64,000 nucleotides of DNA from a virus. Taxonomy: Duplodnaviria; Caudoviricetes. The position numbers and the translations under genes are program-made. Positions 59,388-64,000 of this stretch are shown here, piece by piece (the stretch's first letter is position 1; each line of letters begins with the position of its first letter). Below the pieces are notes generated by a model, which searched no databases, was not told the DNA's origin, and saw only the letters and a program-made list of their open reading frames with translations. The stretch is taken from IMG/VR virus record IMGVR_UViG_3300020432_000004. One strand, given 5' to 3'.

Positions 59388-59629
59388 TGGATTTTCAAAA
59401 AATAACTACAGGAGTAACAGCAGCAGCAGTTGTAGGAACTGGTGCAGTAGTTGGTGGTGGTCAAATTATTGACAATATGAATGACGGTCCTGCCAGAAGA
59501 CAAGAAGCACAATTAGAAGAGATAAGAAAAGTTATCAGAGAAGAGATTTATATACAACTAGTAGAGAACTGGCCAAAGACTTCAGGTCCTGTGAAAGGTT
59601 ATCAAGTTAATCCTATACCTAAGAAGTAG
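59387..59629 (+). CDS. N-terminally anchored small protein
   Basis: TAAAVVGTGAVVGGG segment followed by a coiled coil. Confidence 0.65.
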   Translation: MDFQKITTGVTAAAVVGTGAVVGGGQIIDNMNDGPARRQEAQLEEIRKVIREEIYIQLVENWPKTSGPVKGYQVNPIPKK

Positions 59630-60449
59630 GTTTTCTAGGAGGCAATCCTTTTTTCTTACGATACTCATCCGTTATAATATCTTGACGAGTGGGTTTCGTA
59701 ACTTTTTTGCCAAATTTTTTCTTAAAGAAGTCTGTTGCTTTTTTAATTATAGGTTTTATTACTCTTAATAATAATGGTGTTGCAGCTGCAGACGCAGTTG
59801 CAATTACTGCTATTGCTGCTGTTGTGCTGACTTGACCTGCACTAGGTACAAACTGTTCTACTGTTGGAACTGGTTCCCAAATCGTTTCACATATCAATCC
59901 ATCAGGTGTTAGTTTATATTCTTTAACTTGCTCATCACCTTTCTGGTTTCTATCACCTATACGTCTAGCATTAGGTGGAGGACACTCTACTTCTTTCTTA
60001 TTATCGCCAGGTGTTTTTGGTGGTTCAACATCTGGTGAAGGAGGTGTTAAAGGTTCACCTGTATCAATACCCTCTGCCTCTTCTGGTTCAACGTATACTG
60101 TTTGCCAAGACAATTCTCTAGCATCATACTCAGGTGGTTCATAGTATGGCATACCACCATCACATAACACTACGTTCTGTTTAGGATCATCATTTACTAG
60201 TTGTTTATTTTTATTAGCAGGATTCTTTGCGTTCTCTTTATTGACTTTTACACAACCTGGCATGTTTACAATAGGAGTTCCTATCAATGTTGTTACTGGA
60301 ACTTCTATTGGTAAAGCACTGTACGGTGAGTAGACCCAATTATGTTGAATGGGTCTAACACCTATGTAATTATTTCCAACAGGACGAATGGTAATATTAG
60401 GTATACCCGCATTATTTAATTGTATATTTTGTATTTCATTTATCGGCAT
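59619..60449 (-). CDS. Cys/Pro-rich protein with C-terminal membrane anchor and basic tail
   Basis: Four Cys, Pro-rich linker, TTAAIAVIATASAAATPLLLRVIKP...KKK; AGGTGA SD before ATG 60449. Confidence 0.75.
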   Translation of the reverse strand: MPINEIQNIQLNNAGIPNITIRPVGNNYIGVRPIQHNWVYSPYSALPIEVPVTTLIGTPIVNMPGCVKVNKENAKNPANKNKQLVNDDPKQNVVLCDGGMPYYEPPEYDARELSWQTVYVEPEEAEGIDTGEPLTPPSPDVEPPKTPGDNKKEVECPPPNARRIGDRNQKGDEQVKEYKLTPDGLICETIWEPVPTVEQFVPSAGQVSTTAAIAVIATASAAATPLLLRVIKPIIKKATDFFKKKFGKKVTKPTRQDIITDEYRKKKGLPPRKPTS

Positions 60450-61599
60450 TGATATCACCTATTGACATTTCAAAGTCTTTGGGATCATTGCTATTAGGTT
60501 GTTTCCACTTAGGTTGTGGTGTTATATGTTGATGTGGTACTACCTGACCACCAGGAGCTGTTACTACTACGTCAGCACATATGGTATGGTAAGGAGATTT
60601 AGGATGAAAAAATATTCCACTCTTTTTTAATTCACCACAGTTTTTTAATCTTGCTAATTCAAAGTCTAATCTCTTATTAGCTACGTTTTGATTAGACAAA
60701 TCTATCTGAGCCTGTGCTGCATCATGGCATTGTTTAGTTAACTTCTTATTCATAGGTATTGATAGGGTAGCAGACAATCCTATGTTAAATGATTGGTTTG
60801 CTTTCATATCAGTCCGAATAGGTTTTCTCCATAAAACTTGACCAGGATTATCAGGTCTACCGTCAGGTCCGTCTACATCAACTCTGATATCCATGTCAGC
60901 ACCATCTTCAAACCATCTACTACCGTCATCTTTGGTTCGGGTATCATACCATGTTTCCCAAGGGTAGTTCTTAACCGTAATAGTTTGTGTGGTTGTCCGA
61001 CCTGTAAAGTCAGTAGCATCATATTGTGGTTCGTAATATACGTCCTCCCAAGGATCCTTTCTTGAATCTGCAAATTGAATGTATGGTGTAACGTTAAGTG
61101 TACTACCTTGACACTGAACACCATTACCATAGGTATTAGTTATATACGGTCCCTGTAAAACTTGTATAGCTTGATTGGTCACTGAGCCACTGGAATTTGC
61201 TATTGGATTCGCTGTGGCAGATACACCTCCGACACTTTCTGCTAGTACTACTGTTGGAGATAAAATACTAGTTATGGTCGCTATTGCGTAAACGTACTTG
61301 TTGTATCTGTGACACTTTGGATAGTGGTGGTACGCTGTATTATTGTCTGGTTGGTCATCCCTGGGCCTTGATAGCTCTGAGTGAATTGGAATGCTTCGCC
61401 TGGTGTTGATATGGTGAAGTTGTTCGCTTGACTGAAGTCTAAACTGTCGAAGGAACTTGTTACAGTTCCTGATACGTTTACTCCACTTGCTGAAGTTGCT
61501 GATTGTGAAGGAGTCACTGTCACTGTGGAAGTGTTCACTGGTGGGTTGAGTGCTTCTCCATTGTTTGAAACCCCTACCCCTGTTACTGAGTATTCCCAT
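60436..61599 (-). CDS. Probable exported protein (start uncertain), beta-hairpin plus coiled coil
   Basis: Signal-like KYVYAIATITSILSPTVVLA-ES, NIGLSATLSIPM, CxxAAQAQ..LDFELARLKNC; the only canonical start is 319 nt inside the upstream gene. Confidence 0.65.
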   Translation of the reverse strand: MGILSNRGRGFKQWRSTQPTSEHFHSDSDSFTISNFSKWSKRIRNCNKFLRQFRLQSSEQLHHINTRRSIPIHSELSRPRDDQPDNNTAYHHYPKCHRYNKYVYAIATITSILSPTVVLAESVGGVSATANPIANSSGSVTNQAIQVLQGPYITNTYGNGVQCQGSTLNVTPYIQFADSRKDPWEDVYYEPQYDATDFTGRTTTQTITVKNYPWETWYDTRTKDDGSRWFEDGADMDIRVDVDGPDGRPDNPGQVLWRKPIRTDMKANQSFNIGLSATLSIPMNKKLTKQCHDAAQAQIDLSNQNVANKRLDFELARLKNCGELKKSGIFFHPKSPYHTICADVVVTAPGGQVVPHQHITPQPKWKQPNSNDPKDFEMSIGDINADK

Positions 61600-61760
61600 C
61601 CTGTACGATAATCTATTGAAAATATGGTCTCCTGGACCGTGGATTCAGTTTCCGTGTGGCTCGTCATGGAACCCTGTTGGAAATTTGGTACGACTGGAAC
61701 CGCAAGGGTTCTCAGTGGTATACCCATGAAACATATCACTAGTAGTACTATACGTTTCAT
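61281..61760 (-). CDS. Secreted Thr/Ser-rich beta protein (VPVVPNF)
   Basis: Signal peptide MKRIVLLVICFMGIPLRTLA, then alternating T/S strands. Confidence 0.8.
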   Translation of the reverse strand: MKRIVLLVICFMGIPLRTLAVPVVPNFQQGSMTSHTETESTVQETIFSIDYRTGWEYSVTGVGVSNNGEALNPPVNTSTVTVTPSQSATSASGVNVSGTVTSSFDSLDFSQANNFTISTPGEAFQFTQSYQGPGMTNQTIIQRTTTIQSVTDTTSTFTQ

Positions 61761-61777
61761 AATATTATATAGTTGCT

Positions 61778-62290
61778 TTATCGGATTGTGATTTCTGTGA
61801 CTAGTTGTCCAGTTGCTGAAGTTCCAGATCCACCTGCTGTTAGTGCCATTGCTCCAGAAGTTGCAATAGTACCAGCAAGACTTCCTGCAGTACCAGGTGC
61901 TGTAGAAACTATGTTACTGTAACCTAATACATCACCTACATCAGCAGCAGTAGTAACAATAGCATCACCAGTTGTTATGTTCTGAGTGAAACTATATGAA
62001 TTTCCTTGGGTTGACTGTGCTACATCAGGAAGTGCAAAAGTTGCTACACCTGCAGTGCTTACAGCAGAGATACCACCTAAGTTACTAGCAGCACTACCAC
62101 CAGACGGTGTAATAGTTGTGTCAACACCAGATCCACTAGTGCTGTAAGAGTTACCCGCCCTTGAAACTGAAGTATAGCCTGCATCAACCTGTAGTTGAAC
62201 AGAGCTAGTCAGTCTATGAGTAAGGTCTGCTCTCGCTGCCATTGGACTCATCAAACCAATCATACCGAAAAAGATTAATGCTTTTTTCAT
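61778..62290 (-). CDS. Secreted Ala/Gly/Thr-rich beta protein
   Basis: Signal peptide MKKALIFFGMIGLMSPMAARA-D. Confidence 0.8.
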   Translation of the reverse strand: MKKALIFFGMIGLMSPMAARADLTHRLTSSVQLQVDAGYTSVSRAGNSYSTSGSGVDTTITPSGGSAASNLGGISAVSTAGVATFALPDVAQSTQGNSYSFTQNITTGDAIVTTAADVGDVLGYSNIVSTAPGTAGSLAGTIATSGAMALTAGGSGTSATGQLVTEITIR

Positions 62291-62397
62291 TTTCTTCTAA
62301 GTAGATATAACTATCTGATCTATATAGGTGTCGAGAACCCCCTAGAAATGTTCGGGATGTACCGTTTGCTTATACCTGAGTCTATGGTTAAATAGTA

Positions 62398-62451
62398 TTG
62401 TCGCCTTCGGGGACACAATTTACACTCGCTTACTTAAGGAGAACCATTATG
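62398..62451 (+). promoter_or_regulatory. Structured hsp20 5' UTR; ROSE-like RNA thermometer candidate
   Basis: TGTC(G)CC-TTCG-GG-GACA hairpin, then CTC(G)CTT-ACTT-AAGGAG hairpin masking the SD; GTTAAATA late-like box at 62387-94. Confidence 0.6.
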
Positions 62452-62877
62452 GAAAAAATAGAAAGGTATCGCTCTACCGATTTACCAGATCTTTTAGATA
62501 AGATTTCAAGAAACAGTATTGGACTAGACAACTACTTCGATCAGTTTTTTAATATTCCTTCTTCCAACTATCCACCTTATAATTTAATTAACTTGAATAA
62601 TCATGAGTCTAGACTAGAGATTGCTCTAGCAGGATTCAAAAAGGAAGAGGTAAAAGTCTACACAGAATATGGAAAACTAGTAGTAGAAGGAACTAAACCA
62701 GAAGAGAAACAAACCACAGAGTACTTCCACAGAGGACTAGCACGTAGAAACTTTAACAAATCTTGGACACTATCTGAAGACTGTGTAGTTGATGACGTTA
62801 CATTTGAGAACGGATTACTTACAATAGAGCTAAAGAAAATTGTTCCAGAAAAACATGCACGTAAAGATTACATCTAA
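62449..62877 (+). CDS. hsp20: Small heat shock protein (Hsp20/IbpA-like)
   Basis: NYPPYN, LEIALAGF, HRGLARRNF..SWTL, FENGLLTI.L..IVPE; start at ATG 62449 after AAGGAG. Confidence 0.95.
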   Translation: MEKIERYRSTDLPDLLDKISRNSIGLDNYFDQFFNIPSSNYPPYNLINLNNHESRLEIALAGFKKEEVKVYTEYGKLVVEGTKPEEKQTTEYFHRGLARRNFNKSWTLSEDCVVDDVTFENGLLTIELKKIVPEKHARKDYI

Positions 62878-62885
62878 ATAGGTGT

Positions 62886-63524
62886 ATGGAATTACATCAT
62901 GAAGAAAACTACTGGTGGGATCTGTTTAGTTGGAAAGAACTAGAACTCCTCATCAACTTAAGACCACTCATGTCTACCGACAGGGTGGTTCTTTTGCATT
63001 CAAAAAAAGGATATAAATGGAATTTAGATACTTGGTCTACACAAGATTCAGTTCCTGCTTCAGTTATTAAAGAAGTATTGGAGACTGGGTTTCTGTATAT
63101 CAAAGAAGCATCTAGGTTTACCAGAAAGATTAATGAACTAGCAAAGGAAATAGAAAAAGAATATGGGTATCAAACTGATGCTCACATCTATGCAACTCTA
63201 AACCCAGACTTACCCCATCCTCTAGGTGCTCACATAGATGACAATGATAATGTTATAGTACAATGTGAAGGTGCAACTAACTGGAAGGTATGGGATAAGA
63301 TGGATGTTATACCTGATAGTAGAAAGGATTGGGTAAATCTAGATTTGGATAAACCTCCTGCACTAGATGTAACGTTACTACCAGGTGATGCTGTGTGGAT
63401 TCCAAAATACTATCCGCATCTTGCAACTTCTGAAGATGATAGACTATCAGTAAGTTTTCCTTCAAGGGGTGTTAAAGGTGTTACATTTCAAGACAGAAAA
63501 TGGTTAACTTTAAACAAAATGTAG
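62886..63524 (+). CDS. JmjC/cupin-family 2OG oxygenase
   Basis: GAHID.ND..IVQCEG...W, L.PGDAVWIP....H, RLSVSF; TCTAAATA 5 nt before the ATG suggests a leaderless late mRNA. Confidence 0.75.
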   Translation: MELHHEENYWWDLFSWKELELLINLRPLMSTDRVVLLHSKKGYKWNLDTWSTQDSVPASVIKEVLETGFLYIKEASRFTRKINELAKEIEKEYGYQTDAHIYATLNPDLPHPLGAHIDDNDNVIVQCEGATNWKVWDKMDVIPDSRKDWVNLDLDKPPALDVTLLPGDAVWIPKYYPHLATSEDDRLSVSFPSRGVKGVTFQDRKWLTLNKM

Positions 63525-63535
63525 TTTAAGATACA
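63520..63535. promoter_or_regulatory. NtcA-like palindrome TGTA-N8-TACA
   Basis: TGTAGTTTAAGATACA, 40 nt upstream of ATG 63576. Confidence 0.4.
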
Positions 63536-63575
63536 GTTAAAGATTAATAGATAAGTTGGTTTATCTAGAAAACTC

Positions 63576-63932
63576 ATGAAAGCATTCGCAGTTGCCCTGC
63601 TCGGTTTAGGATTCATTCCTTCCGCAATCGCAGGTCCGTATGTATCCACTAAAACCGAATTTAAAGGTAACGAAGATGGATACTCTAAGATGGTTAACCA
63701 AGCAAGAATTGGTACAACCTTTAAAGTAGGATCATTAAAACCATACATCGAAGCTGGTGGTGGTATTGTATCTCCAGATGGTAAAGATGCAGAAGGATTC
63801 CAAGTAATTGAATTAGGTACAAAGTTTAAACTTACTGACTCACTTGCTGCAAAAGCAAAGTTTGAGCATAAGTGGGAACCAGACTCAGAAAGAGACTGGA
63901 AATTTGAAGTCGGCACTAAGTACAAATTCTAA
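63576..63932 (+). CDS. Small outer-membrane beta-barrel-type protein
   Basis: Signal peptide, amphipathic strands, C-terminal GTKYKF (aromatic-x-Phe OMP signature). Confidence 0.7.
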   Translation: MKAFAVALLGLGFIPSAIAGPYVSTKTEFKGNEDGYSKMVNQARIGTTFKVGSLKPYIEAGGGIVSPDGKDAEGFQVIELGTKFKLTDSLAAKAKFEHKWEPDSERDWKFEVGTKYKF

Positions 63933-63934
63933 TC

Positions 63935-64000
63935 ATGAAAAAAGCACTACTAATTGCAGCAGCATTATTAACTGCTGCCTCACCAACACTAGCATCTACC
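63935..64000 (+). CDS. Start of a secreted protein (truncated by window end)
   Basis: MKKALLIAAALLTAASPTLAST signal peptide. Confidence 0.55.
   Translation, partial: MKKALLIAAALLTAASPTLAST

Noticed and set aside
62398-62448. TTG-started N-terminal extension of Hsp20
   Set aside because: Strong SD precedes ATG 62449; the upstream stretch is a structured leader
398-63925. Many short antisense or alternate-frame ORFs in the track (e.g. 18093-18599, 30211-30648, 38095-38523, 51963-52394, 63488-63925)
   Set aside because: Shadow ORFs of well-supported genes caused by codon bias; no SD, promoter or motif support
1-64000. tRNA, rRNA or glutamine riboswitch
   Set aside because: No cloverleaf seen in the few intergenic gaps; the leader of the YRG peptide gene is too short for a riboswitch if CTAAATA is its promoter

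Overview
This window is a 64-kb piece of an AT-rich T4-like cyanomyovirus genome (Kyanoviridae-like). The host is most plausibly Prochlorococcus, judging from pebS, pcyA and PTOX. Order of content: baseplate/tail module (end of a giant gp7-like gene, gp9, a YHYH-domain protein, gp8, a VrlC/DUF4815-like protein, a 2504-aa tail fibre); neck and terminase genes gp13-gp17 with a variable g16-g17 island (SAM-lyase-like protein, PTOX, small membrane peptides, SNase-like nuclease); tail/head genes gp18-gp23 and gp3; uvsY, uvsW, gp55, gp47, gp46; a VWA/metallopeptidase-pebS-pcyA-cobS block; gp45, denV-like, gp44, dam, gp62, regA; a cluster of membrane/secreted proteins including a 4-gene minus-strand operon; hsp20, a JmjC oxygenase and a small outer-membrane-type protein. 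Late promoters (NATAAATA/CTAAATA), sigma70 promoters and intrinsic terminators are readable. Best leads: (i) a T3/Svi3-3-type SAM-lyase-like domain in a late, internal-head-protein-like gene; (ii) an uncharacterised phage envelope/secretion-like operon; (iii) a ROSE-like RNA thermometer on hsp20; (iv) intact type-1 copper ligand sets in two baseplate-region proteins; (v) an unannotated antisense YRG-motif peptide gene next to pcyA. All family calls come from motif recognition by eye; no searches were run.
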